DNA from: Rhodosorus marinus CCMP1338
Lineage: Eukaryota > Plantae > Rhodophyta
NCBI GenBank assembly: GCA_029953675.1
Contig: JAMWBK010000005.1
Location: forward strand, 3,123,198 to 3,187,197
DNA: 64,000 bases
Direction: 5' to 3'
The notes beneath the pieces were generated by a model. That model saw nothing but the letters and a program-made list of their open reading frames with translations, did not search any database and was not told the DNA's origin. Positions 23,250 through 34,836 of the stretch are shown piece by piece (the first letter of the stretch is position 1; each line of letters starts with the position of its first letter). Made by a program: the position numbers and the translations under genes.

Positions 23250-23985
23250 CCGTTTATTCAGAGCCTAACTACCCTGAGAAGCGAGAGACAAGACGCTGAT
23301 GACGCGCGTCTACAAACAAAGCAGCATTTGAGCGCCACAGGATCAAAGAAAGCTCCGTGAGGGGACTATCTAGACGCCCTGGGTCGTTGCGAAAGATACC
23401 TCGAACCCAGCGGGAACCTACACTATCTATCATGCCAAAGCACTCAATAACGAGGTGGAAAAACCGGTATGTCACCGCCGAATCGCGAGGGGTAGGGTTT
23501 GACGTCGCTGCCGCGTACTGCGATGCTTTCACATGCCGCATGGACCAAGCTTCAGCTCCTAGACGCCGAGCGGACGCAGGCAGGTACCTGGTCGCCTGAG
23601 GACAAGGGATGGAGAGGTCAATGTACTCACTGCGACGCGCATTTAGGTCAGTCACACGAGATCCTCCACCCGCTGTACCGCTGGGACGTCACTCTCGTCA
23701 GCAATTTCCGATACCACCGCCAGAGGGACCTCATACTCCACTACTCGATCCGTACCGAGCGATTGAGAGGTAGCGGAAAAGCAAGCAGTTGAGCCGCGTA
23801 TGGCGTCTGGTCCAGGCCCCTTGAACCTCCGCACAAGGCGCCAACCAATGCGCACCATAATCACCCCGCGGCACATTGGCCCCGCACAGTGCACATCTAG
23901 AATCCCGCTCAACGGGCCCGCGGGAGTTGCGGCAACCCCAGGTACAGTCGTAAGCTTACACGAACTTCGAGATCGGTAAGCGCCA
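23250..23985 (-). mobile_element. CRE-C 3' fragment (REL region)
   Basis: DLNARRSEYIDLSIPCPQATRYLP..VIECFG, near-identical to 37330-38370. Confidence 0.85.
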
Positions 23986-24760
23986 AAACGCTGGTTTTTT
24001 GTTGGCTGGGTTGGGCGCGATTGAGTTTGTTCGCGATCCTCGTGTGGGCTGCCTTCTTTCTGCGACTGTTCCTCGCCTTTCCCGGCGTCTCCGGGTCGTC
24101 CGCGAAGGTTTTTTTGGGCGGTTTTGGTCTGGGAAGGTGGTTACGGTAGGGGATTGGTTTAATTTTGGTGTTGGTGTTTTGTGCGGCGATATTTCGGTCA
24201 CAAGTACACCTGCACCACTCTTCCCCGGCGTCCCTCTGAATCTCCGCTTCAGATGGTTCCGTCAACTGCCTCTCCGCAGTCAGTGGAGCTAAGACCCGGG
24301 GGATTCGGCACACTAGCTGAGCTGCCAGGTTGCACCAAGGCTACTGCGGAAGCCTTAGTTGTCCAAATTGCTCGCGCAGTTGCTGTTGCTGCTGAAGCCA
24401 ACCGCCTCGCGGAACTGACTTCCACCCTCACTGCTTTTGCCGATGGCCCGTGCCCCGGCGCGACGACGGCGGCCGCGGATGTCCCACTTCGCGTGTCCCA
24501 TCTGGGACAAACGAGGTTGAGACAGCTGTTCATGAGACAGCTGTCCTCCCGAGTCGATCTCTTCTGGCAGACTCTTCTGTGTCTGGTCCCGTGCCCCCTG
24601 CCGCCGCTACTCGCCCGCCGCGGCCTTCCTATTCCCAAGTCCTCCGTCGCGGGTCCGCCGAGGCCCGCGCGGAGGCCCTGGTACGTACATTCCCTGCCGA
24701 GCCTGCCGTTGACTCTGTTCAACGGACCATATCCTCAGCGTTGATTTTTCGGGACCCATG

Positions 24761-25000
24761 TGTTAGAACTTGCCCTGACAGCTGTGTAATCTATGTAAGA
24801 CACTCCCTACTTTAGTGTAAGATCTCCCTACTTTAGTGTAAGATCCCTACTTTAGTGTAAGACGCTAATGTGCTAGTATTTCTACTTTACTGTCAGGCAC
24901 CTCTTAGTTTACAGTTACCAAGACTATATAAGACCTAGCATTGCTAGATCTTGAGACCTAGAATGGAGTAAAGGACAAGTTGGTTAGAAGAGTTCTAACA
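24761..25000 (+). repeat. Gypsy 5' LTR
   Basis: TGTTAG...CTAACA, with an internal 3x CCCTACTTTAGTGTAAGA repeat. Confidence 0.95.
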
Positions 25001-25001
25001 G

Positions 25002-25013
25002 TGGTCTCATCGC
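25002..25013 (+). other. Gypsy primer-binding site TGGTCTCATCGC
   Basis: Starts with TGG one base after the 5' LTR, as expected for pairing with a tRNA CCA end. Confidence 0.85.
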
Positions 25014-25089
25014 TCAAAGGTTTAAGAGGATACGAACGGAGGGAGGGGCGATCTAGCGGAAGCAGGAGGACTCGAGTAGCCAACTTCAA

Positions 25090-25821
25090 ATGACTACGTT
25101 TACCATACCCCCGCCCGAGGCTTACGACGGCAAGCGGGATTTCGTCAAAATTCAGACGTTCGTAGCCTCACTGCGTGGCTACCTGAACTTCCATCACGTA
25201 GCAGACTCCGGCCGCCAGTCAGTCCACTACGCGGGGCTGTTTTTGAGAGCCCAGGCCCAGGTCTGGTACCAGGGTCTTCGACAAGCGGCGGATGGCATCC
25301 CGGAGGCACTGGCCTCCCTCAAAGACTTCGAACAGGCCCTGCGAGGACAGTTCGAGCCTCACGACCATATCGAGCGAGTCCGGGCCAAACTGCGCAGCGC
25401 TCGACAACGCGGCCCTGATGTCACCCGTTATGTCGACTATCTGGATGAACTTTTCATGCAATTGGGAGAGTTCATCAGCGACTCTGAAAAGCTGGAGCGC
25501 TTTAAGGCGGGCTTGACTGGTCGTGAGCGAGACTTCGTCTACTATGGTCGACCCAAGACCTATGAAGAAGCGAAAGCCATCGCATTGAGCCTGGCGGGTG
25601 CCCACGAGATGCCGAAGGAAGTGACGAAGGGATCCTCGAATCCACCAAGAAGCAAACCCCGCACAACGTCACCGCGCCGGCCCCACACGCGCAGCATGGG
25701 GTCACCGCCAACCTGCTACCAGTGTCAAGAGGTAGGACACTTTAAACGAGACTGCCCCCGGCGACTGGCGTATTTGCAGGCGGAGGTGACACGCTTATCG
25801 AGCCTACAGCAGGAAAAATAA
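25090..25821 (+). CDS. gag: Gypsy Gag
   Basis: PPEAYDGKRD capsid start and CYQCQEVGHFKRDC zinc knuckle. Confidence 0.93.
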   Translation: MTTFTIPPPEAYDGKRDFVKIQTFVASLRGYLNFHHVADSGRQSVHYAGLFLRAQAQVWYQGLRQAADGIPEALASLKDFEQALRGQFEPHDHIERVRAKLRSARQRGPDVTRYVDYLDELFMQLGEFISDSEKLERFKAGLTGRERDFVYYGRPKTYEEAKAIALSLAGAHEMPKEVTKGSSNPPRSKPRTTSPRRPHTRSMGSPPTCYQCQEVGHFKRDCPRRLAYLQAEVTRLSSLQQEK

Positions 25822-25838
25822 CGGACTCCGGACGAGGG

Positions 25839-28800
25839 ATGCCGTCCGAGAGTCCAACGACCAGCATCCCAACCGTTGGGTTACAGCAACGGGGTAATGC
25901 AGGCCTAACTGCAATAGGCGTGGTAGCGGCGGAACCGGTGGAATGTCTCATCGACACCGGTGCGGTGACGTCAATTAGAGAGGACGTTGCGAAAGCCGCC
26001 AACCTACCGAGGTACGACGAGCCACGGACATACGGGTTGGCTGTCGGTGAGGAGACCGTGATCAGCCCCGGAGTGACGGAGACAACGATCACACTCCAGG
26101 GACGACAATTCAAGACGAAGCTGCGAATATTCAAGCATCTAAGCCACGATGTATACTTAGGTCTCGATTTCTTGAGGCAACATCGAATAACTGTCGATTG
26201 TAGCGCGGAACCCCCACAGCTGGTACTGGGAGCGGAAGACACCAGCATGCGGGGGATCACAAGTATGGAGACGGAGGAAGAAATAGGGGAGAGGTCTGGC
26301 GCGGTCATCCGGGAAGAGAAAGGCGGAAAGGACCAGGTTGCCGACCCAGGAGAGAAGTTTGGTGCCGTCATCCGGAAAGAGTTTCCCCAAGTTTTCCAAG
26401 ATACACTGCCGTTGCCACCGAAGAACCGGCAATTATATGCACTCAAAATCGAATTGGAACCAGGGGCGAGTACACCAGCTCAACGCGCATATTCGATGTC
26501 ACGGGTCGACCGAGACCGGCTACAAGGAGAGTTGCACGACTTGGAAGAGCAAGGATTTATCTCACGGAGCAGAAGTCCGTATGCTGCACCTGTGTTGTAC
26601 GTGGACAAAAAGGACGGTGGGCGACGCCTCTGCATCGACTATCGCCGGTTGAACCAGATCACCGTGCGAGAAAGAACGACCCCGCCTAGAGTGGAGGAAC
26701 TATTGGATACCCTGAGCAGCGCGCGGGTTTTCACAACGTTAGACCTCCGCTCGGGATATTGGCAGTTGCCAATTGAACAGGCATCACGCGAGAAGACGGC
26801 CTTTGTCACGTGCTTCGGACAATACCAGTGGAATGTCATGCCGTTTGGGTTGAAGAATGCGCCCTCGGCATTCATCCGCTACTTGACGGATGTATTATAT
26901 GATCTTCTCAACCAGTGCGTTGTGTTATACGTTGACGACATTCTGGTATATTCCCCAGATGACACACAACACCGGGACGATGTTCGAAAGGTGCTACGAC
27001 GCCTCGAGCAGCATCAGCTGATCGTCAAATATTCGAAGTGCGGTTTTGGATTACGCCAAGTTTGCTACCTAGGCCAAATCTTGGCGGGAGGCACTCGACG
27101 TCCCAATCCGGAAAAGGTCAAAGCAGTTCAGAATTGGAAGACGCCAACGACGGTTAAGGAGCTACGGGCCTTCATGGGTTTCGCGAACTTCTTGCGCCCC
27201 TTTGTACCACACTTTGCCCAGGTAGCGGCGCCCCTCCACAGGCTAACGAAGAAAGACCAAAAGTGGGGTTGGCACGCGGACGAACAACAAGCCTTTGATG
27301 GGTTAAAGTCCGCCATATCAGCAACCACCATGCTGTACATGGTTGATCCGATCCTCCCCTTCATCGTGCAGACGGACGCAAGCGACACCGGGGTGGGTGC
27401 TGTCCTATTCCAGACCCGCCAGGATCAGGAGGTGCCCGTGGCGTATATGTCCCGATCCTTCAATAGCACCGAGAAACGCTACAGTACGTACGAGAAAGAA
27501 CTCTACGCTATCGTCCTGGCCATCCGCAGGTGGTCCGTGTATCTTGATGGGCAACAGTTCACTGTGCGTACGGACCATAACCCGCTACGCTTCTTGCAAA
27601 CACAGACGACATTAACTCGTCGGCAGGCGCGGTACGTGAACATATTACTACCCTACTCCTTTGAGGTTCAATACGTACGCGGCAAGATAAACGTCGCGGA
27701 TGCACTGAGTCGCGACGCATTACGAGCCACCCGCGTCACGATGGAAGCCGATTGGACTCCAGAGTACCAAGCTGATCCAGAATTCTGCACGCAATTTCGC
27801 AGCCCGGACCAGTTTGAGGGTTTCCAACGAAAAAAGGGTCTATTATTCCTCCATGCACGACTTTGCGTACCCGAACGCCGTGTTAATGAGGTCATCGATG
27901 GGCACCACCAGTCTCTAACGTCAGGCCATTTTGGCGCACAAGCTACTTACCGTGTGGTGCGACGACGCTATTGCTGGCCCAGCATGAGGAAGGACATCTT
28001 CACGCGCGTCCAGCAATGCTCGGTTTGTGCACGAGAACAACCGCTGCGTCGGCATCAAGGGGAACTACAACCCCTCCCGATACCGGAACAGCGGGCCTCT
28101 GATTGGTCGATGGATTTCATCACTGCATTTCCCAACGTCGAGGGCTATGATGCCATTCTGGTGGTCGTTGACCGGCTTACGAAGTATGCCGTGTTCATCC
28201 CCACAACGAAGACGGTGACTGCAGAAGAGGTGGCAGCGCTAATCGTGAAGAATATTATCACGTGGTTCGGACTACCACGAAGCTTCGTCACTGATCGTGA
28301 TAAGGTCTTTACCGCCACATTCTGGCGCCACCTAATGCGAATAATGGGGATTGACCACCTCTGTCGACGGCATATCACCCTGAAACGGATGGGCAAACAG
28401 AGCGCGTCAATCAGACCCTCCAGATCATGCTGAGATGCTGTTGTACGAGCCACACTTGGGTACAGAGTTTACCCCTGCTTCAACTGGCGTATAATAATCA
28501 TACTTCAGCGAGTACCGGGTATTCACCATATTTCTTGTTAACAGGAGGGCACCCGCGGCTCAATTTGGACACCTCAACCCCTACTACTACGATTCATAAT
28601 CTGGCCGATGCTGTTACTGCCTTTTCGCAACGTCAAGAACGAATCCTCGCTGACGCACGGAAATCTATGGCCCTGGCGCAAAAGTTATACACGGAACAAG
28701 CAAATTCACGACGTCATGCCAAAATCTTCAATATCGGAGACAACGTTTATTTGTCAACGCGGAATCTCTTACTGGAGGGCCCAACCCGCTTCCAACCTCG

Positions 28801-29179
28801 ATGGTTGGGCCCGTTTCCCGTGATCGAGAAACACTCTGATGTGGCATACACTCTGCAGTTACCGGATGAAATACGGATACATCCGACATTTCACGTTTCT
28901 TTGCTAAAAGGTGCCCCTACGTGTCCTCCGAATTCTCCGATACGGAGTATCCCTCTCCAATCGGATCTCTATTCAACGTTACCGATCCTGTCGGTATTGG
29001 GAGTCCGCCATGCGGCTACCGGTGTCCGACAGTTCCTATGTTATCGCGAAAACGAATCCTGGACTGATGCCACTTGGATACCCGAGCCGGACTACCCCAC
29101 CGATCTACAATCTCGACGACGCTTACGACACTACCTCAATTATCGCAAGGCGCTTGACGCGCTACCTTCAACTTCTTGA
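25839..29179 (+). pseudogene. pol: Gypsy Pol (PR-RT-RNase H-IN with degenerate chromodomain-like tail); one frameshift near 28360
   Basis: LIDTGA, LCIDYRRLN, LDLRSGYWQ, YVDD, TDASDTGVG, WSMDFIT motifs; STAYHPETDGQTER lies in the shifted frame. Pol is in the -1 frame relative to gag. Confidence 0.93.
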
Positions 29180-29206
29180 GTTTGTCCCCAAACTCGGCGG
29201 GAGGAA

Positions 29207-29446
29207 TGTTAGAACTTGCCCTGACAGCTGTGTAATCTATGTAAGACACTCCCTACTTTAGTGTAAGATCTCACTACTTTAGTGTAAGATCCCTACTTTA
29301 GTGTAAGACGCTAGTGTGCTAGTATTTCTACTTTACTGTCAGGCACGTCTTAGTTTACAGTTACCAAGACTATATAAGACCTAGCATTGCTAGATCTTGA
29401 GACCTAGAATGGAGTAAAGGACAAGTTGGTTAGAAGAGTTATAACA
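29207..29446 (+). repeat. Gypsy 3' LTR
   Basis: Copy of 24761-25000. Confidence 0.95.
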
Positions 29447-30147
29447 CCATGCTTGCTTCTTGGTTATATGGATACTGCGTACCAAGTCCTATCTACTTTG
29501 TTGAAAACGCCTCCTGCGCAGAGATATGTTTTAGCGAATAAGGTCTTGACACGCGCCCGCGTTTCTTTAATGCTTGATTTTGACCGTTTCTCTTTCCAAT
29601 CCCTCGCCCCTTCGGATCTCCTTGATCGGTTTCGGCCCATTTTGAGCGGCTTTCAACGGTTCAGAAAAACCCGCTAGATCGGCTCCCAAATAGGGGTTTT
29701 CTCCATGCTCCTGTCCAAGATTTGCCTTGCCTCGGAAACTTCGCTTTTGGAGAATCATCCTGACTTTCCTCGGGTGTTTCCGCTGGGCGTCTTTCTGTCG
29801 GTGCGGAGCCCCGTGACGACGTGGGGAAGCCACCCTCTATGGATGTACATGTCGACCCTGAGGTGGACCCGCTCGCCATTGAGCCGAGCACCCCTTCGCG
29901 CTTTGGCTCAGGGGAGGGTCTCCGGCTCATTAGGGGCTATCTGTGCCTCCCTCTCCTCTTTGCGTGCCCCTAAGCTCAAGCGTCCTCTCTTGGCGCCAGT
30001 TGCGGCAGGCCCCTAGTTTTTGGTTTCGTGAGGGTGTATGGTGCTGGCTTTTGGTGGTTTTGAGTCGCTATTGTGTTCTTCGGTGGGAGGCGCTTCTTTC
30101 TGCAGCCTTTCCCCCGCATCTTCTAGTGGTGTGGTGCGTGCTGGGGG

Positions 30148-31560
30148 TTGCTAGCGCCCCTTGGAGGTCGTGGTGGTTTTTCTTTGGTTGCAAACGTTGG
30201 GAACAAGTTTTCTTTTTGGGGGTTTCGTGGGGGAATCGGTTTTTCACACCTTCCAATCGTTATGGTTGGGGTTTCCCCACCCATTCCGGCGGACGGAGCC
30301 GTTCTCTCAGCGCGCGTGGAGCTCTGCGTGGGCGGGTTTAGTACCGCGGCCACCCTCACGGACTGCGCTGACGAGTTAGCCCATGGGATCTGCTCGAAAC
30401 TGACGAGTCTTCTTGTGACTGCTTCCCAGGAACACCGCCTGCCCCTGCTGATCGCCTATTTGGAGCGCTTCTCCGCCTCCGCGCCTGCCCCATACCCCCC
30501 GGTGCCCGTCCCCGCGGATCCGCACGGTACAGCGGGGCCTGCCTCCACCCGACCCGAGCGCTCCGCTCCGGTCATTCCTGATTCCGACTGGCCTACCCCT
30601 ATTCAAGGACAGACGCCTCCTGGGCCCGCGTCGGGCCCGAATCCTGCTCCCTCCAGTGCCCCACGTGCGACCTATTCGCAGGTCCTACGCAGGGGCTCTT
30701 CTGAACAACGCACGACGGCAATGGTGCGTGTGATGCCACAACACATCCCTATTGACTCTTCTCGCCAACTATCTCCGTTCCACTTTGTTTGGATGACGAA
30801 CGTGCGTCCCCAGACCCCCTCTCGTGGTCGGGGCCGCGCGCCCGTCCACTACCGCGATTTTCGCGACACCATGGCTTCCTCCCTTGGGGTCGCCCCGTCT
30901 GAATTCCTATATGTGGACTTCACGGGCCCTCATGCCTGTTTTCTTGTTACTGACTCGGCTTACCAGTTCCTTCAATCGCTTGTAACCACCCCCGCGCCCC
31001 AGCGCTCTGCTCTGGCCAACATGATACTGACTCGTCCTCATGTCTCTTTGTTTGTCGAGTTCGATCGTTTTGACGCCGGCTGGGTTCCTCCGTCGGCCTT
31101 GCAAAACCTGGATGCCTCGCAGGCTTCGGTTGTCGCGCTACACACTCATGCGGCGCGGCTCTCGCGCATACAGGCGAGCCTCTTCGCGCGTTTTCCTCCT
31201 CGCGGGGTCCTCCGCACCGCGCTAGAGGCCTTCCTCTCCACTGAGGCCACCCTGCTGGAAGCTCACCCTGCGTTTGACCTTCTGCCGCCGACTCTTGAGC
31301 ACCCTTCCTCCCCTCGCCCTGTCTCCGAGGCTCGTGACACCGACATGGCAGAAGCACCATCGGCCTCTCCGAATCCGCTGGCTCTGGACACCCTCAGTCA
31401 AGACTCCGCTGCTGAAAACCCTGTGTCTACTTTCTTCAGGTCTTTTAGTTCCTTCGTGCGCCCTCCACGTAAGCGTCGTGCGGCTCCTGAGCCTCCCTCC
31501 GAGGCACCTCCTCCGGATATTCGATCTGCCTTCCCGACTGAGGGGAGGCCCGATGTCTGA
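30148..31560 (+). CDS. CRE-B copy 2 ORF1 (true start uncertain)
   Basis: TYSQVLRR and NVRP...VDFTGPHACFL motifs, homologous to TelCRE-1 ORF1. Confidence 0.8.
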   Translation: MLAPLGGRGGFSLVANVGNKFSFWGFRGGIGFSHLPIVMVGVSPPIPADGAVLSARVELCVGGFSTAATLTDCADELAHGICSKLTSLLVTASQEHRLPLLIAYLERFSASAPAPYPPVPVPADPHGTAGPASTRPERSAPVIPDSDWPTPIQGQTPPGPASGPNPAPSSAPRATYSQVLRRGSSEQRTTAMVRVMPQHIPIDSSRQLSPFHFVWMTNVRPQTPSRGRGRAPVHYRDFRDTMASSLGVAPSEFLYVDFTGPHACFLVTDSAYQFLQSLVTTPAPQRSALANMILTRPHVSLFVEFDRFDAGWVPPSALQNLDASQASVVALHTHAARLSRIQASLFARFPPRGVLRTALEAFLSTEATLLEAHPAFDLLPPTLEHPSSPRPVSEARDTDMAEAPSASPNPLALDTLSQDSAAENPVSTFFRSFSSFVRPPRKRRAAPEPPSEAPPPDIRSAFPTEGRPDV

Positions 31561-34500
31561 GTCTTCCTCCTCCGCGTGCGTGTCGTCCTGGTTACCCTTG
31601 TTTACCAGTGACCGCTCAGCCTGGCATGAGCGTGTTCTCTCGTGGTTTTCGCACCTTGTCGCCTCCTACCCGGACGGTTCCCTTCCCCTTTGTCGTCAGA
31701 GCACGGCCGTACGGCTCCCTCGTCGACTTCATAAGCCCCTAGGATTGGTGTTGGATTTTCTCTGGCAGCAGGTCGCCGCGAACCCTCACTGCTCTCTTCG
31801 CTGGGAACTCTTGTTCTTTTTTCCCCGCCTCGTGCTCACCTCCTCTACCGTCCCCCTCAACCCACATCCTCGCCGGGTCCACCCTCGCCGAAAACTGCAA
31901 ATGTTCCTTTCCGGCGACTTTGAGGACCTCGAACGTCTTTATTTCGCTTCTCTCTCTTCCTTTTCTCCTAGTGCTCCCTCAGCTTTTAGGTCTTCTCGAC
32001 AGAATCGGGCGCGTCACGCGGTGGCAGGTGGTGATCTGCGGCGGGCAGCCGGGATCCTCCAGCAGCGGCAACCTGTGGTTCCATACTCCGATGATCTTTC
32101 TTCACCGCTCCGTTTGCTCTTTCCCTCGGAAGGCTCCCCTTGGGACTCCTCGTTTGAATCAGTGTTGGAAGAGTACCGCGCCGCGCCACATCCCAGTGCG
32201 CGGTTAGTGGTCAATCTGGAGGCGGTGCGTGAGTTGGTTCATGATGCTCCGAATGGCCGTTCCCCAGGGCCCTCGGGGCTGCGGGTGGAATATCTCCGTT
32301 TCTTAAGTGATGAAGGTTTGAAGGCGTTGGCGTGGGTGGTCGAAGCGCTCGTGAATGGTGATCCCCTGTGTGAGTGTGCGTGGTTCTTGGTCGGGCGTTC
32401 GCAGTTGTGTCTGCTTTCGAAGCCCGGCCACACGGCCTCGAGCCCTGCTATTCGCCCTATTGGCCTGGTTGAGGTGGTCCGCAAATTGGCGGCGCGATGG
32501 TTAGTGAAAATCCTGGTTCCCGAATCCCGCCGTTTCTTTGGGCACGTGCAGTTAGGCGTGGGCTATCGTGGTGGCTGTGAGTTGTTATCTGTTTTACTCC
32601 GTTCGGAAATGGCGTACTCCCCAGATTCTGGGCTCCTCTCTGTAGATTTTACCAATGCGTTCAACCGCGTCTCTCGTCCGGCTCTCATGCACGTGGTGCG
32701 CGAAGTCTTCCCTGTAGGCTTTCCCTTTGTTAGTAGACTTTATTCTCCGCTTGGTCGTGGGGCTACCTATGACACCCTTGGCGCTTCCTCACACACGTTT
32801 GCGGCGCGCACAGGGGTACAACAGGGTGATCCCTTGTCCCCTTTCCTACATGCCTGTGGACTACAAGTCGTCTTGCTTTGTCTTCGCTCCGAATTCCCGC
32901 AGGTTCGTACGGTTGCATACCACGACGACGTGTGCCTCCTGGGGCCCCCTGATACTCTAGCACTCGCTTATGATCGTCTCCGCTCCTTGGCTTCGCGGGT
33001 TGACCTGGAGGTTAATCATCACAAATCGTTCTACTGGGGAGGTGTAGCTGCACAAGAGCAGCAGGTACCTGCGTCGTTCCAGGATATTTGGAGACCGGAT
33101 GGTTTTGTCCACTTAGGCATCCCCTACGGGTCGCCGTCCTTCGTTGAAGGCGAGTTGCTGCAGCTCCTCGGTAAGCACAGACAGCTGGTTGCAGAGCTTC
33201 GACGGCTACCTCCGGGCTTTCTCCAGTGCTCGTTGTTGCTGTTTCGGTATTGTTGCAGTCAGCGGTTAACCTATTGGCTTCGCTCACTTCCAACTCATTG
33301 GGGCCGGTGGTTGGCCACTCGTGCGGATGCTGAAAGTTTCCGTGACCTGGGGTATTTTCTCGATGAAGAGCTGAGCGCTCTGCCGCGACCCACCTGTGAT
33401 GTTGTGCGCGCCCAGGTAGGCCTCCCATTGCGATTGGGGGACTGGGCCTCTGCAATCGTGTTGTGGTCCAACCCGCAGCCGCAGTAGGGGCCTGGGGAAC
33501 CGCACTTCCCACTTTGAGCAGCTTGGGTATCTCGAAGTTCCGCAATTTGATGGCGAGCCTCTCGCGGGGTGTCTTGCTTCCCAGCGTACCGGAAAGCGCC
33601 CAAGACTTGTTTCTGGAGCTCCAAACCGCCCTGAATTCCTGTACTAGTCTCCCCGAAACCGTTCAACCCCGTCTTCCTGACTGGCGAGCTGTATTTGACC
33701 GCTCTCGAGGCTCCGCCCCGGGGATTCGTCCTGCGCCTGAACCTGTTCTAGGGGAGATTGACCCAGTGGTTGCCGCAGAAGAAGAAGTTCCAGTTGATCC
33801 TCCTGATGATTCCCAGCGCGCTGGGAGCCGAGCTCAAGCACGCACGGATGCGCTGCAAAATATCCTTATCCTTTCTTGGGACTTGCACCGTGCTGCATAT
33901 GGCCGACTCCTCGCGCAGATGGTCTCATCTTCTCGCGCTCGCGCCCGCCTACGTAGTCTTGGAGGGGTTCTTAGCTCTCAGTGGCTCATGACCGTACCAG
34001 CCTTTCCGCCACTCACACTGTCGGATTTCGAAGTGCGTACTTCACTGCGCTTATACCTCGGCTTACATCAGCCCCCTTGGCCGTACGAGATGGGTTCGTC
34101 GTGCCCTCTCTGCTCTCAGACTGAAGACAACGCAGATTTTGGCGCCCACCTGCTCGCTAGTTGCCCGGCGGTGAAAGGTGCTCGAACCCGCCGCCACACA
34201 CGGATCTTGAACCTGTTATACCGGGAACTTCGGCCTATAGTCCGGCAAGCCGGTCTGGAAATCGAACGTGAGAAACCTTTACCCGTCGCGGACTTTCAAA
34301 ATGATGAACGCCGTGTAGCCGACCTGGTGATCACCTGTGACGACAGCCGCCGTACCACATACGTTGATCTTGCTGTTCCTAACCCTCAAGCTAGTCGTTA
34401 TCTCCCGGCTGCGGGGGAGCGCCGTGGATCTGCCGCCGCCAGCATGAGACGCCGCAAAGAGATCAAATACGCGGGGGCTTTGTCTTCCCCTGGTGTTCGT

Positions 34501-34701
34501 GCTTCGGCACTAGCACATCGCTTGGTACCCCTGATCATTGAGTGCTTTGGGTTCATGGACTCTGTTGGTTCTCGCTGGCTTCGGGAGTTGTTCCGCGAAC
34601 GCCCTGACCGTCTTCAATCGTTGTTTACCCGCTTAAGTTTCCTGCTGTGGCGCATGAATGCCGCTTTGATGTTGGAGGCGCGAGTACTTCGCCGCGCTTA
34701 G
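31553..34701 (+). pseudogene. CRE-B copy 2 ORF2 (RT plus REL), one frameshift at G-run 33436-33440
   Basis: ORFs 31274-33487 and 33463-34701 join as RLGGLGLCNRVVVQPAAAVG if one G is added. Confidence 0.9.
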
Positions 34702-34836
34702 TCTTTTTTTCCCCTCGGGGTTTTTTTTTTCAGCCTCCGATTAAACCATTCATTCATTCAGTTGCGGGGGGAAATCCTTCTGATTCCGTTGCGGATTCGC
34801 ATCCCGTAGACGCTTCCTCCGTGGTGAGGGAGCAGG

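Larger units (their letters stand above)
24761..29446 (+). mobile_element. Complete Ty3/Gypsy (chromovirus-like) LTR retrotransposon, 5-bp TSD CCATG
   Basis: 240-bp LTRs (4 mismatches seen), PBS, gag, PR-RT-RH-IN order, PPT GGCGGGAGGAA, and TSD at 24756-24760 and 29447-29451. Confidence 0.97.
30006..34758 (+). mobile_element. CRE-B full-length copy 2, 9-bp TSD CAGTTGCGG
   Basis: TSD at 29997-30005 and 34759-34767; ends CCGATTAAACCATTCATTCATT. Confidence 0.93.

Noticed and set aside
30006-34767. Spliced-leader RNA gene as the CRE target, as in trypanosomatids
   Set aside because: The visible target is the ORF1 of another CRE element; no SL-like or snRNA-like repeat unit is seen at any junction.
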